From Enterobacteria phage GiZh: DNA of 64,000 nucleotides. Numbering within the stretch: position 1 is the stretch's first letter; every line of letters starts with the position of its first letter. The position numbers and the translations under genes are program-made. This document shows positions 38,021 through 47,592 of the stretch, one piece after another. The DNA lies in the sequence record NC_054903.1; one strand, 5' to 3'. The notes under the pieces are model-generated. The model was not told where the DNA came from and made no database searches. It was given only the letters and a program-made list of their open reading frames with translations.

Positions 38021-39001
38021 TTATTTCAGAAGAGTAACCTCAGCAATTTCTTCCCAACCATTTTTGTCGGTCATAATAAAGTCAGCAAGATAAAGAGCAG
38101 TACGCAGTGAAACATTGCGTAAACGATTAACATTGACTTTCATCCATGATAATGCTTTATAAGTTTCTTCATCAGAAAGACCACGCTTTTGCATCATGTC
38201 GGTTGAAAGAATAACATCTTCAACCCTGACCATAATTTCTTCATTAGTGTGAACACCCAAATCTAAATAAACTGAGCGGGACACTAATGCTTGTAAGTGT
38301 GGAGCAAGTTTAGTACCACGGTCTAATTCGCGGTCAATGTCAACGTTTGTGATAAAAACAATCGTTCCTTTAAATTCAAACTCACGGTCAATGCCTTTTT
38401 CTTCTAAGTAAGAAGACGCAGTGCTCCAGCAGACTTTACGGGTCTCTCCAGTGTCCAGAGCAGCTTTTAGAAGATTAAGAATGTCCATATCAGAGAAAAC
38501 ATCCACATCATCAATCAAAAGGACAGAATTCTCTTCACGATTATTCCAAAGCTGCTCATAAAGACCAATACCAGAGATTTTACCATTAATGCTTTTATAT
38601 TCAATGTATCCAATATCATTTGCTTTATTTAAAGCTTTATCTAAAGAATACGTTTTACCAATACCTGCTGCGCCGGAGATAATTAATGAACGAATATTTC
38701 CATTAATAATACCATTCGTCATCATTCCCATAACATTAAATCTTTTATTAATGCGGGTTTTCATATCTTCATATGATTCTTTAACTTCTTCAACTTTTAC
38801 ACCATCATATGAAATATCTGATTTGTAAACCCAAACACCGCGACGTTTACCGTCAATTTCAACAAAAACTTTACCATCTCCTTGTGCATCTACCGGAGCA
38901 TTATCTGGGAACCATTCGCCTAAGAGCTCAAAAGTTCCAGAGATTTCTTTACCGAAGTAGATACCCTTATTGATAGTTACAGTTTTCATTTTATTCTCCA
39001 A
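38021..39001 (-). CDS. P-loop NTPase (AAA-like)
   Basis: 326 aa; Walker A GAAGIGKT, Walker B VLLIDDVD. Confidence 0.6.
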   Translation of the reverse strand: MENKMKTVTINKGIYFGKEISGTFELLGEWFPDNAPVDAQGDGKVFVEIDGKRRGVWVYKSDISYDGVKVEEVKESYEDMKTRINKRFNVMGMMTNGIINGNIRSLIISGAAGIGKTYSLDKALNKANDIGYIEYKSINGKISGIGLYEQLWNNREENSVLLIDDVDVFSDMDILNLLKAALDTGETRKVCWSTASSYLEEKGIDREFEFKGTIVFITNVDIDRELDRGTKLAPHLQALVSRSVYLDLGVHTNEEIMVRVEDVILSTDMMQKRGLSDEETYKALSWMKVNVNRLRNVSLRTALYLADFIMTDKNGWEEIAEVTLLK

Positions 39002-39023
39002 ATCCGTATCAGTTGATAGTTGT

Positions 39024-39054
39024 ATAGTACCATAAAGCTTTATGCTTGTAAACC
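39024..39054 (-). promoter_or_regulatory. T4-type early promoter
   Basis: minus strand GTTTACA, 17 nt, TACTAT, AT-rich UP; conserved block copy. Confidence 0.55.
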
Positions 39055-39086
39055 GTTTTGTGAAAAATTTTTGAAATAAAAAAAAA

Positions 39087-39104
39087 GGGAGCCCGAAGGC
39101 TCCC
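39087..39104 (-). terminator. intrinsic terminator
   Basis: minus strand GGGAGCC-UUCG-GGCUCCC followed by nine U. Confidence 0.7.
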
Positions 39105-39106
39105 TA

Positions 39107-40120
39107 TCATTTATAATAACTTCGGTGGTTTTCAAGATAGACCTTCTCAAGGAAGTCATCCCAGAAACTCATGTCTACTGTTTTAGGCATACCGTTCTTA
39201 GAAGCTTCAGTAGATGCTGCTTCTACTTGATCGACCACATCTTCCAAAAACTCTTGAACTGTTTTAAATGGATGTTTACCCAACTTCACGTCGAGAATAA
39301 ATGGAGCATCTTGAAGTGGATAGACTAAGTCACCAGTTTTGTAAATTTCCAATAGTTGGAGTCCACCACGACAAGCATGACTCAAAGCTTTCCAGTCAAT
39401 ACCTTCATTGGCTTCGGCCTTACGAGCACGTTCACCATATTCAGCATCTAATTTGTTCAGTGACTGCTTAAGCTCAATAAGAGAAAGCGTTGTCTGATAT
39501 TTACGACCCAACACAGTGTAGAACGTTTGTGGGCCTGTTTTCTCATGATTATGGAACACCCATTCACAGAATTCGTTTTCTGGAAGACGATGCTTAATAT
39601 CTTCAACTTTAGTGCGACGCTGCTTAATAGAACCATCTTCTTGGTAATCAATCCACTGCTCAGGGATTTGATTAACTACTTTCAATACATCACGTAATGC
39701 AGCCAAACGAGAACCTTTGACACCGTATTTAGAAGCTTGCTTGCGGACATATCCTAAATATGATTTCATGTTAGTCGTATAAAAACGAGAACGGTTGTCT
39801 TGAATAAACTTCCACACATCAGGCAAATCAGATTTAACCACTAGTTCAGGTGGAGTGTGAAGCATATCTAATGCTACGGTTTCACCATCTGCTGCTAATT
39901 TAAAGAAATATTTAAGACTGTATAGTTCATGGTCAATATCATCTTTAGTGTTTTTAGATGATGTGTTGTTAGTGTTTTTACTCATATGCTCTTTAACATT
40001 TCCGATAAGAATATCGCGAGCAGGAGGAACAAAGATTTCTTTAAAATCTACATCAGATTCTGGAGTAGAAGTTCCATAAAGATGACTACCAAAATAGCTT
40101 TTCATTACTGTTTTCATCAT
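39107..40120 (-). CDS. hypothetical protein
   Basis: 337-aa ORF; stop directly followed by strong terminator. Confidence 0.55.
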   Translation of the reverse strand: MMKTVMKSYFGSHLYGTSTPESDVDFKEIFVPPARDILIGNVKEHMSKNTNNTSSKNTKDDIDHELYSLKYFFKLAADGETVALDMLHTPPELVVKSDLPDVWKFIQDNRSRFYTTNMKSYLGYVRKQASKYGVKGSRLAALRDVLKVVNQIPEQWIDYQEDGSIKQRRTKVEDIKHRLPENEFCEWVFHNHEKTGPQTFYTVLGRKYQTTLSLIELKQSLNKLDAEYGERARKAEANEGIDWKALSHACRGGLQLLEIYKTGDLVYPLQDAPFILDVKLGKHPFKTVQEFLEDVVDQVEAASTEASKNGMPKTVDMSFWDDFLEKVYLENHRSYYK

Positions 40121-40578
40121 TCAGCCTTATATTCAATAACAGGACATACTTTAGCTTTACGCGCTTTTAAAAATTCGACGATAACCGATTTCTTGGGTTG
40201 AATAGGAGGTAAACCTTTATACGCCCTATCAATATTTTCTACGTGTAAAGCATAATCCTTTTTCCATTTATAATCTTTATATTTTTCACGCAAATGTGCA
40301 GGAATAACAAATGAACCGATAATAAGTAAAACAACCAAAAGCGCAAGTATAAATGCCGATGGAAGAAGAGTCCATAAACTACCGAAAATAAGCCAACGTT
40401 GTAGGCTTTCTGCACAAATAATTGTTAGCCCTACGAGTATAGCACATCCAAAAATAGAAACGAAAAATGTAGGAATGGCAATAGACCAAAAATATGCGCA
40501 TAGTGTCTTAGGTCGTTGCCATTCATCGTTAAACAATTTGAATAATTTATAATGCCAAGAGTTTTCATTAATAATCAT
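40117..40578 (-). CDS. membrane protein
   Basis: 153 aa, two or three predicted TM helices. Confidence 0.5.
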   Translation of the reverse strand: MIINENSWHYKLFKLFNDEWQRPKTLCAYFWSIAIPTFFVSIFGCAILVGLTIICAESLQRWLIFGSLWTLLPSAFILALLVVLLIIGSFVIPAHLREKYKDYKWKKDYALHVENIDRAYKGLPPIQPKKSVIVEFLKARKAKVCPVIEYKAE

Positions 40579-40580
40579 AA

Positions 40581-41102
40581 TTATCCTTTCATTGAAGGTG
40601 TAACAGTTGTTAAATACTTAATCATAGCCTCAGCTTCTGATTTTGATAGTGAAATTTCTTCACCGTTTTGGCGAATAGAAACAAAATCTGGATGACGATC
40701 ACCACCAGCTTTTAAAACACACATATAAGTATCAGCTTCGCCTTCAATATTTGAAATGATTGAAGCAGTTCCACACGAATGTGGTTTTTGATAAATCAAT
40801 ACAGCTTTTCTTCCACCATTTGACTGTTCATAGGCTTTTAATACATCAAACAAATCAGTTCTTTTATCAATAGCTAAAATGTTATTTTCATCTTCAATGT
40901 TAAATCCTTCGGATACTTCATAAAGCGTTACCCATAAATCACCAATGTCAATAACAGCATTTACTTTTCCACGGCTTTCAAGAGTATGACAAATTTTCTT
41001 GATTTCGTCATAACTCATTTTAATAATATCATCTCCTTGAATAAGAAAGATGTCATTTTTAAATTCAACACGAATTAAACCACTTTCACTTGAAATAAAC
41101 AT
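40581..41102 (-). CDS. hypothetical protein (paralog of 41109-41480)
   Basis: 173 aa; C-terminus KSEAEAMIKYLTTVTPSMKG parallels the neighbour's KDEAIALKTYLDSVIPTMISK. Confidence 0.5.
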   Translation of the reverse strand: MFISSESGLIRVEFKNDIFLIQGDDIIKMSYDEIKKICHTLESRGKVNAVIDIGDLWVTLYEVSEGFNIEDENNILAIDKRTDLFDVLKAYEQSNGGRKAVLIYQKPHSCGTASIISNIEGEADTYMCVLKAGGDRHPDFVSIRQNGEEISLSKSEAEAMIKYLTTVTPSMKG

Positions 41103-41108
41103 ATTTCC

Positions 41109-41480
41109 TCACTTTGAAATCATAGTTGGAATGACAGAATCAAGATAAGTCTTTAGTGCAATAGCTTCGTCTTTGGTAAATGTGACAATATGTGCTCGAG
41201 AATCATCATTTTGGCGAACAAGTACGACATCGCCATCTTCATAAGAAGTCTTGACATCCAAAGTCGTAGTATAGTTTGCAGCTACTGGATTAATAATGTT
41301 AGCACCGCGATCTTTAGCCCATTGAAGTTTAGCCTTTTCGGGTGTTTCGGCTGTTTCAGATTCTAAGAATTCTTTCACCTTGGCAACGAATGTTGCCCAA
41401 TTGTTGATAGAAAGACACATAAATTCAGTTTCAAATATTACCGCCGTAAAGGCCACGATAAAAACGAACTTGGAGGTCAC
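41109..41480 (-). CDS. hypothetical protein (paralog of 40581-41102)
   Basis: 123 aa; shared C-terminal motif with neighbour. Confidence 0.5.
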   Translation of the reverse strand: MTSKFVFIVAFTAVIFETEFMCLSINNWATFVAKVKEFLESETAETPEKAKLQWAKDRGANIINPVAANYTTTLDVKTSYEDGDVVLVRQNDDSRAHIVTFTKDEAIALKTYLDSVIPTMISK

Positions 41481-41664
41481 CTGTAATATTAGTTACACCG
41501 GTAACTCCTGAGGGAGCATAAGATAAAATCGCAGCCAGTTCCATAGGAAGAATAGTAATACTATCGTCTTCCTGCGTCAGAACGTATACATTACCGCGTT
41601 TTTCGATAACTAGGTCACCGAACAAATCAGTTGTTTCAATTACAGCTTTCATATTATTTACCAA
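41431..41664 (-). CDS. hypothetical protein
   Basis: 77-aa ORF overlapping neighbours; start uncertain. Confidence 0.4.
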   Translation of the reverse strand: MVNNMKAVIETTDLFGDLVIEKRGNVYVLTQEDDSITILPMELAAILSYAPSGVTGVTNITGDLQVRFYRGLYGGNI

Positions 41665-41839
41665 TTAAAGTTTCAATATAAGAATCAAGATTTACTTTAG
41701 CTTCTTCCATAAGAGTTTTGTATTTAATCTTGTTAGCATGTCCGGAGAAAGCTGATTCATCAATAATTGTTGATGTATGAACAGCTTTACTATACGTCTC
41801 AATTAATTCTCTTAATTTAAAAGCCTGCTCACTTGTCAT
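41654..41839 (-). CDS. hypothetical protein
   Basis: 61-aa ORF, first gene downstream of early promoter at 41972-42002. Confidence 0.45.
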   Translation of the reverse strand: MTSEQAFKLRELIETYSKAVHTSTIIDESAFSGHANKIKYKTLMEEAKVNLDSYIETLIGK

Positions 41840-41971
41840 TACATACTCCTCTGAATCATATCAATAATGTTGTTTACCAAATTATAAGTAAACATTGGGT
41901 AATTATATTGAATCATCACATACACAACAAACAAAACTTTCATTCTCTTCTCCTTGGCAGTTGACAAGATT

Positions 41972-42002
41972 ACTATACCATAACCTTGCCAACTTGTAAA
42001 CC
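41972..42002 (-). promoter_or_regulatory. T4-type early promoter
   Basis: minus strand GTTTACA, 17 nt, TATAGT. Confidence 0.5.
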
Positions 42003-42003
42003 A

Positions 42004-42177
42004 TTAAATGACGTTTTCAATAAAATTCTGAAGCTTTGTGTGAGCATCAACCATGATTTTCATTTCTTCTTTGGCGAAAGCTGTACCTCTTTCCCGAGCA
42101 GAATACTCATAGTCAGAAACTGCATTAGCATATTCTTCAATTAGCTTCATTAAAAACATCTGCTTTTCAGTTTTCAT
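42004..42177 (-). CDS. small hypothetical protein (57 aa, below ORF-track cutoff)
   Basis: ATG 42177-42175, MKTEKQMFLMKLIEEYANAVSDYEYSARERG..., stop at 42004; ATGA-type junction with upstream ORF. Confidence 0.4.
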   Translation of the reverse strand: MKTEKQMFLMKLIEEYANAVSDYEYSARERGTAFAKEEMKIMVDAHTKLQNFIENVI

Positions 42178-42361
42178 TATTCCACCTAATCATTTCAAGA
42201 TATTGAACTAATTTAGCTTTAGATTTGTCCAAATCCTTTTTAGCTGCTTCTATACCGTCGTATGAATATCCTTCACAATGCTCAACTGCTAATTGGTATG
42301 AATCTATTTCAATATCATGCGCTAATTTAATGATTTTTTCAAACTGTTCGCGTGTTAGCAT
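42167..42361 (-). CDS. hypothetical protein
   Basis: 64-aa ORF. Confidence 0.45.
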   Translation of the reverse strand: MLTREQFEKIIKLAHDIEIDSYQLAVEHCEGYSYDGIEAAKKDLDKSKAKLVQYLEMIRWNNEN

Positions 42362-42363
42362 AA

Positions 42364-42603
42364 TTAAACTCTCGTATTATGATCGATAATTTCATCAAGA
42401 AACATATCTAACGCTTCTAAAGCATTATCAACTTTAGCTTCAAGTTCATCAATACCTTTATTTGCAATGCCTGACGAAAACCAAGCAAAGTCACTAAGTT
42501 CCTCGTCTGCTTTACGAATTAAAGCTACCAATTCTTTAATCTTATCCGCTTGCTCTATACTAATCATTATTCCACCACATATGACAGAGAGAATATTGCA
42601 CAC
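42364..42603 (-). CDS. hypothetical protein
   Basis: 79-aa acidic helical ORF. Confidence 0.45.
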   Translation of the reverse strand: MCNILSVICGGIMISIEQADKIKELVALIRKADEELSDFAWFSSGIANKGIDELEAKVDNALEALDMFLDEIIDHNTRV

Positions 42604-42800
42604 GCCATGTGAGTTGCAACTTCATCACACATATTATAACGTTTCTTAAGAAATTCTACAAGTTCTTCACTAGTAACTTCATCCATGTCGACGAAAAAAT
42701 CACCATTAATGATGACGTAGATATTTCCTTCTTGATTGAGTGCTTCAATTTTCATGATGTTCTCCTCTTTATCCGATAGTTGTATAGTATCACAGCTCAA
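42567..42800 (-). CDS. hypothetical protein
   Basis: 77-aa ORF downstream of early promoter. Confidence 0.4.
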   Translation of the reverse strand: MSCDTIQLSDKEENIMKIEALNQEGNIYVIINGDFFVDMDEVTSEELVEFLKKRYNMCDEVATHMACAIFSLSYVVE

Positions 42801-42814
42801 ACGGAAAGTAAACC
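42784..42814 (-). promoter_or_regulatory. T4-type early promoter
   Basis: minus strand GTTTACT, 17 nt, TACTAT. Confidence 0.5.
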
Positions 42815-42829
42815 GGTAAAATGAAAAAA

Positions 42830-42845
42830 GTCTCCCGAAGGAGAC
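42830..42845 (-). terminator. intrinsic terminator
   Basis: minus strand GUCUCC-UUCG-GGAGAC followed by UUUUUU. Confidence 0.65.
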
Positions 42846-42850
42846 TAATG

Positions 42851-43237
42851 TTATTCGAGGGAAAGAAGATACTTACTCTGGTAAAACATTCCAGTAATAT
42901 CATCTATCGTGCTTTGGATGGCTGGAGGCATTTCTTTATAAATGCTGTTAGATTGGTCTAGTATGTGATCAATCATTTTAATTGTGTCGGTAGGAAGTTT
43001 ACTGGCATCTGGAATTGAAGGCGTGTATTTTCTACCAGAATACCCCAAATATTGCTCACCAAATTTATCAATCAAATCTGGCAACTCGGAGAAAATAAAA
43101 TCGTATGCTTTGTGTCTAGCATAACTTTTAGTTTCAAAATGTGCAGAATGAAAATAAGCTTGTGCAGCCATTAATAAACCTAAGTATTCATCTGCCTTTG
43201 AAGGTTTTCCACTTTGTGAAAAGTCGCTGAATTTCAT
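42851..43237 (-). CDS. hypothetical protein
   Basis: 128-aa ORF, stop just upstream of terminator. Confidence 0.5.
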   Translation of the reverse strand: MKFSDFSQSGKPSKADEYLGLLMAAQAYFHSAHFETKSYARHKAYDFIFSELPDLIDKFGEQYLGYSGRKYTPSIPDASKLPTDTIKMIDHILDQSNSIYKEMPPAIQSTIDDITGMFYQSKYLLSLE

Positions 43238-43527
43238 TCAGTCTCCAATTTAATGTTCATAATTCTAGCGTATGATTGTGCCATCTCCGCGCCTCGTTCT
43301 ATACATTCAAAATCAGAAGAGCACGGGTCATTTTTATAGGTCGTTCTCATAAAACTATAGAATTGTTCAGACGATTCTACGCTTTTATTTTCAAAAAGTG
43401 TATAAACGTGCCTAATACCAGATTCCATAAATTTATCAAAATGAGGATCGACATTCGCTTCAATCGATGGAGATAAAACAAATGACAATCCTAGCATGGC
43501 AAAAAGTGCCGTTGCTTTTAAGGCCAT
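43234..43527 (-). CDS. secreted protein
   Basis: 97 aa with signal peptide MALKATALFAMLGLSFVLSPSIEA. Confidence 0.5.
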   Translation of the reverse strand: MALKATALFAMLGLSFVLSPSIEANVDPHFDKFMESGIRHVYTLFENKSVESSEQFYSFMRTTYKNDPCSSDFECIERGAEMAQSYARIMNIKLETE

Positions 43528-43539
43528 AAAGGCCTCCTA

Positions 43540-43752
43540 TCATTTTTGTCCTGTATTTACTTTATGCCGATGCACGGCCTTAACTTTATCAAGGTATTTT
43601 TCAAAATTTCGCAATCTAGTATAGTCTGCCGGAGATTGGTTGAGTGATACTTCTCGACGCAAAGCTGAAATGATATTTCCAACTTCCCTACGAATTTCAT
43701 CTAATTGAAGAACAGTAAGATTGCGAAGTTGCTTTTCAGTTAATTGTAGCAT
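43540..43752 (-). CDS. hypothetical protein
   Basis: 70-aa basic ORF. Confidence 0.45.
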
Positions 43753-43794
43753 ATATACCCCTTTAGTTAGATAAACCTATTTATAACTTTTGCA

Positions 43795-44376
43795 CTAACC
43801 GAGCTTTTTAGTTAATTCATTCCAATGTTTTCTGCACAAAGAAACATAAATTTCATCACCAATACAGATTTGATTACCTTCTTTAACTGGTGTTCCATCT
43901 TCCATTAATCGAGCTGTCATAATCGCTTTTTTGCCGCAATGACAAACTGCCTTTAGTTCAATAAGTTTATCTGCAATCGCTAAAAGTTCTTTAGAACCTT
44001 CAAACAATTTTCCAGCGAAATCAGTCCTTAATCCATAAGCCATAACAGGAACATTATATGTATCAACAATTCGGCTCAATTGATGCACCTGTTCAGTTTT
44101 TAAAAACTGAGCTTCATCTACAAATACGCAATGAATATCTTTTTGTGCTTCAGCCCATTTATAGAACTCGAAAATATCCATATCATCTGTAATAATATTC
44201 GCTTCCTGTTTAATTCCAATGCGAGAAACAACTTCACAGACAGAATCGCGAGTATCAATAGCAGGCTTAAGAACTAATACACTCATTCCACGTTCTTTAT
44301 AATTATGTGCAGCAGTCAAAAGAGAAGCAGATTTTCCAGCATTCATTGCTGCATAAGTAAAAATTAAACTCGCCAT
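43795..44376 (-). CDS. tk: thymidine kinase
   Basis: 193 aa; Walker A AAMNAGKS; C-terminal Zn motif CHCGKK...C; ATG verified. Confidence 0.9.
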   Translation of the reverse strand: MASLIFTYAAMNAGKSASLLTAAHNYKERGMSVLVLKPAIDTRDSVCEVVSRIGIKQEANIITDDMDIFEFYKWAEAQKDIHCVFVDEAQFLKTEQVHQLSRIVDTYNVPVMAYGLRTDFAGKLFEGSKELLAIADKLIELKAVCHCGKKAIMTARLMEDGTPVKEGNQICIGDEIYVSLCRKHWNELTKKLG

Positions 44377-44385
44377 ATCACCTTC

Positions 44386-44571
44386 TTAAAGCGTATTCAC
44401 ATAAGCTATTAATTCATTTTCTTTCTTATCAAACCGATCAGCAAATTCTTCCTGCTGTTCTGGAGATAGCGGGCCGTATTCATCATAAAAGGTGTTTGCT
44501 TCTATATGCTCATCTAGAAGTTCATGGATAAGCTCAAACAATTTATCTTTTTGTTCTTTGCTTAGACTCAC
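44386..44571 (-). CDS. hypothetical protein
   Basis: 61-aa acidic ORF upstream of tk. Confidence 0.45.
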   Translation of the reverse strand: MSLSKEQKDKLFELIHELLDEHIEANTFYDEYGPLSPEQQEEFADRFDKKENELIAYVNTL

Positions 44572-44740
44572 AGTATGTCAATCCCCAAAAGTTTTAAAAT
44601 GACTCGTTTCTGATTCATAACCGCTACGATTGAATGACCGTTGGGGTCTTTTTGACCTGATCCAATTATAAATCCTTTTTGCGCAGAAAGTTCAATCAAA
44701 ACATCAAGTTCACGTAATAATTGATATTTTAAATCATCAT

Positions 44741-44968
44741 TCATTTTGGTTTACCTTCTTTAACGAAATCAGGATAAGGATAAAATCCTGAATAAAATCC
44801 TTCACCTTTATGATTGATGCATCCTTTATTAGAACAATAGCACCAATAATCGAAATCACAAGCCATTTCATCGTTGCATAAAGCAAAAACAACCGGCCAC
44901 TTACACTTTTCACAGTGGGCATTTTTAAGAATACTAGTTTGGCTCATAACCATGTAACCTTTAAGCAA
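44741..44968 (-). CDS. Cys-rich small protein (putative zinc-binding)
   Basis: 75 aa with CEKC...C..C and C..C.C...C..H patterns; competing overlapping frame 44737-44922 not preferred. Confidence 0.4.
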   Translation of the reverse strand: MLKGYMVMSQTSILKNAHCEKCKWPVVFALCNDEMACDFDYWCYCSNKGCINHKGEGFYSGFYPYPDFVKEGKPK

Positions 44969-45156
44969 TATTCTTCTACATGTTGTTTACGACCTTTCTT
45001 ATCAATAAAGGTATATTCAACGAATGTTCCAATGTAGTCTTTATCTACATCATGTGGACTATTAATTGGACATTTAGTACGGCAAATGCGTTCCCATTGA
45101 CGAATAATTACTGCTTTGTTTTTAGGATCAAACGGATGCGGGTAATGTACTTTCAT
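44944..45156 (-). CDS. hypothetical protein
   Basis: 70-aa ORF. Confidence 0.4.
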   Translation of the reverse strand: MKVHYPHPFDPKNKAVIIRQWERICRTKCPINSPHDVDKDYIGTFVEYTFIDKKGRKQHVEEYCLKVTWL

Positions 45157-45607
45157 AATCCACCACTATTAAATCAATATCAGGAGTAAACATGTCGATT
45201 AATTTAGAAACCTTATCCCAATCGCCGCCAGCAATACCACAACCTATGCGTGGAATGTAAATTACCGGTTTAAACAAAAGGGTTTCTGCCTGTAGATTTA
45301 ATTCTATCATGCAGTTTACTAAAGCACCATAATCAAGATTAGGACCTGGTTCGTATTGCGTATACAAGTTATAACATATGCCAAAACCATTAGGTTTATG
45401 TTTAAAAACAATAGACATATCGCCTAATTTATCACGAGAACCGTACTCAGTAGTGGTTTTATCTATTTCTAAAATTTTGGGATAGGCTCTTGCTAATTGA
45501 CCCGCTACACCTGAACCCATAGTATGAAAACAATTGCACCCGTGCGCAATAATATTACCTTGAAGAAATAGGGCGACAATATCGCCCTTGATATATTTTG
45601 CAATCAT
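45128..45607 (-). CDS. macro domain protein (ADP-ribose binding/processing)
   Basis: 159 aa; Gly-rich motifs NCFHTMGSGVAGQL and IGCGIAGGDW typical of macro domains. Confidence 0.6.
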   Translation of the reverse strand: MIAKYIKGDIVALFLQGNIIAHGCNCFHTMGSGVAGQLARAYPKILEIDKTTTEYGSRDKLGDMSIVFKHKPNGFGICYNLYTQYEPGPNLDYGALVNCMIELNLQAETLLFKPVIYIPRIGCGIAGGDWDKVSKLIDMFTPDIDLIVVDYESTLPASV

Positions 45608-45945
45608 CTAGTACTCAATCCTCGATTATAAGAATCTACCAAACGGTCAACCATTGAATGACAAGCGGCTTTATCTTTCTCCTCCGCAACTGAACATTCT
45701 AAGGTATTCCACTTTTTAGCATATCGTTTTAATAATGTATCGTTTTTGTATCTACTTGATTTATCTCTTTCTCCGTCTTTATATGCATATATTAATTTCT
45801 GCGCAAATTCAGCTTGGCATGCTTTATTTTTCCCGCAATAATCCGCTGCAGTACGGTTTACATACTCTCTAATTTCAGTATATGATGTATCTGCTAACGC
45901 AGAAAATGAAATTAATCCTATACATAAAACCAAAATTTTAGTCAT
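45604..45945 (-). CDS. secreted Cys-containing protein
   Basis: 113 aa; signal peptide MTKILVLCIGLISFSALA. Confidence 0.5.
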   Translation of the reverse strand: MTKILVLCIGLISFSALADTSYTEIREYVNRTAADYCGKNKACQAEFAQKLIYAYKDGERDKSSRYKNDTLLKRYAKKWNTLECSVAEEKDKAACHSMVDRLVDSYNRGLSTR

Positions 45946-46483
45946 TTACTATTTCCAAAAGTTTATTATTTTTAAGGTAATTAGCCTTTTCTAGGACTTC
46001 AGAAGCATATTTAGAACCTGCTTTAACATTCCATCCCGAATTATAAGAGGATATTGCTTTTCTTATATCGCCCTTATGTATATTTAACCAATAAGAAAGT
46101 TCAATGTACGCCCAGGAAGCTGAATTGGATCGTTTATTCAACATTCTTTTTATTTCAGCATCGGTCATATTATAACCAAGTTCCTTAACTCTTGCTCGCA
46201 TAGTAGGCAAATAATTTTGGAACATTCCATAAGCGTGATGCTTTGGTTTAGATTTTAAATTAACTCCGCCAGAGCTTTCTTGCCATAAAATAGCAGCCAT
46301 TATATGACCTAATCCGCTCTTGTGGATATTTTTGTGTGTTTTATATTTTCCATCCTTAGAAAACTGTTCCCCGAATTGATACGCGTAACGCATGTTATCG
46401 AGTTGGACATTACTGAAAGTATGCTCGGAGCTATGTGCCATCATTGAAATGGCCAATAGACCAGCGAGTAGTGCTTTTCTCAT
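45938..46483 (-). CDS. putative secreted lytic transglycosylase (SLT-like)
   Basis: 181 aa; signal peptide MRKALLAGLLAISMMAHS; catalytic-type ILWQESSGG and downstream YGMFQ. Confidence 0.5.
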   Translation of the reverse strand: MRKALLAGLLAISMMAHSSEHTFSNVQLDNMRYAYQFGEQFSKDGKYKTHKNIHKSGLGHIMAAILWQESSGGVNLKSKPKHHAYGMFQNYLPTMRARVKELGYNMTDAEIKRMLNKRSNSASWAYIELSYWLNIHKGDIRKAISSYNSGWNVKAGSKYASEVLEKANYLKNNKLLEIVND

Positions 46484-46490
46484 GCTTACC

Positions 46491-46952
46491 TCATTGAGTT
46501 TTAATTACTGCTTTAGAAGCCTTTCCTGGTAAACGACGACTGTTGATAATTGCCATCCTGCATTGAAGTGACGGGTTTTTGAACTTCTCATTAGGCTTAC
46601 AAACCGTAAATCCAAGCCAAAGATTTCCATCTGTGATTTCTAAACGTCCAGGACGATATTCAACCCCATCAATAAAATCCTCGTCAATGTCAGGACGCGG
46701 AGGCATACTCAGGAATTCATTAACTTCTAAAACATGGTCTTTTATTTTATGGAATAATTCAAAAACATATGTCTCATCAATCTCCCGTTGAATTGCACGA
46801 TCAAGAAGATGCTGAGAATATTTTAGATGAAACGATGAGACCCCTGCTGCTTTTGATGCCTCACGAATCTCATTGTTAATTTGACGAAACTCCGACTCAA
46901 AATGACGACGAAGCTTATTTCGACGGATAAAAACTTCTGTGTTGATAGTCAT
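46491..46952 (-). CDS. regB: endoribonuclease RegB
   Basis: 153 aa, size and position as T4 regB; early promoter immediately upstream; ATG verified. Confidence 0.7.
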   Translation of the reverse strand: MTINTEVFIRRNKLRRHFESEFRQINNEIREASKAAGVSSFHLKYSQHLLDRAIQREIDETYVFELFHKIKDHVLEVNEFLSMPPRPDIDEDFIDGVEYRPGRLEITDGNLWLGFTVCKPNEKFKNPSLQCRMAIINSRRLPGKASKAVIKTQ

Positions 46953-46979
46953 GTTATTCTCCTCTTAACTGATAGAAAA

Positions 46980-47010
46980 ATTATACCACAGTCAAGAGGA
47001 AAAGTAAACA
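46980..47010 (-). promoter_or_regulatory. T4-type early promoter upstream of regB
   Basis: minus strand GTTTACT, 17 nt, TATAAT. Confidence 0.55.
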
Positions 47011-47011
47011 G

Positions 47012-47332
47012 TTATTCTTTAAATCTAATCAATTTATTCATAGACTTTGAAACTTCTGCACGAACCTCACGTAAGTTTTTAAGCTGTTCAAGACGCTGCT
47101 CATAGTAAGCAATTTCATCTTCTTCGAGACAGTCCTGTGAATCTTCTTTAAGATAACGTGCATAGTCCTGAAAAGCTTTACGGACTACTTCCTGAAAGTC
47201 ATCAAGACTTTGAATTTTCTTAGGAGCGGCAGATACACGACGAGGTGCAGTATAATACTCATAACCAAACCCTGCACTTAATTGAGCCATTAGTATTTTT
47301 CCTCTGGTTGGAACACTGCACGACAAGCCCAC
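47012..47332 (-). CDS. hypothetical protein (vs.3 position)
   Basis: 106-aa ORF. Confidence 0.45.
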   Translation of the reverse strand: MGLSCSVPTRGKILMAQLSAGFGYEYYTAPRRVSAAPKKIQSLDDFQEVVRKAFQDYARYLKEDSQDCLEEDEIAYYEQRLEQLKNLREVRAEVSKSMNKLIRFKE

Positions 47333-47592
47333 ATACTGGCTTCTTTGAGTTTCGTTTTAGCAATAGTTAACTGATCGAGGCTTTCAGCGTAATTCTTCGC
47401 GAGTTCATCATCTTCACAGCTATCAAATGCTTCCCAAAATTCATCGTATAAAGCATCAAAGATAAGTCCTAAACGAACTTCAGCGTCTTTAATAGCATTT
47501 ACTTTACCGATTTTTTCGTCGGTATGCGGCTTATAACCTTTAATATCTTCAATCATATTTGACTTCCTCACCAGTGCATAAATCATATTCAA
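47290..47592 (-). CDS. hypothetical protein (vs.4 position; possible Acb2-type cyclic-nucleotide sponge)
   Basis: 100-aa ORF; call by synteny with T4 vs.4 only. Confidence 0.35.
   Translation of the reverse strand: MNMIYALVRKSNMIEDIKGYKPHTDEKIGKVNAIKDAEVRLGLIFDALYDEFWEAFDSCEDDELAKNYAESLDQLTIAKTKLKEASMWACRAVFQPEEKY

Noticed and set aside
41950-41980. Plus-strand ttgaca resembling a sigma-70 -35 element
   Set aside because: No properly spaced -10 on the plus strand; the sequence is the spacer of a minus-strand early promoter.
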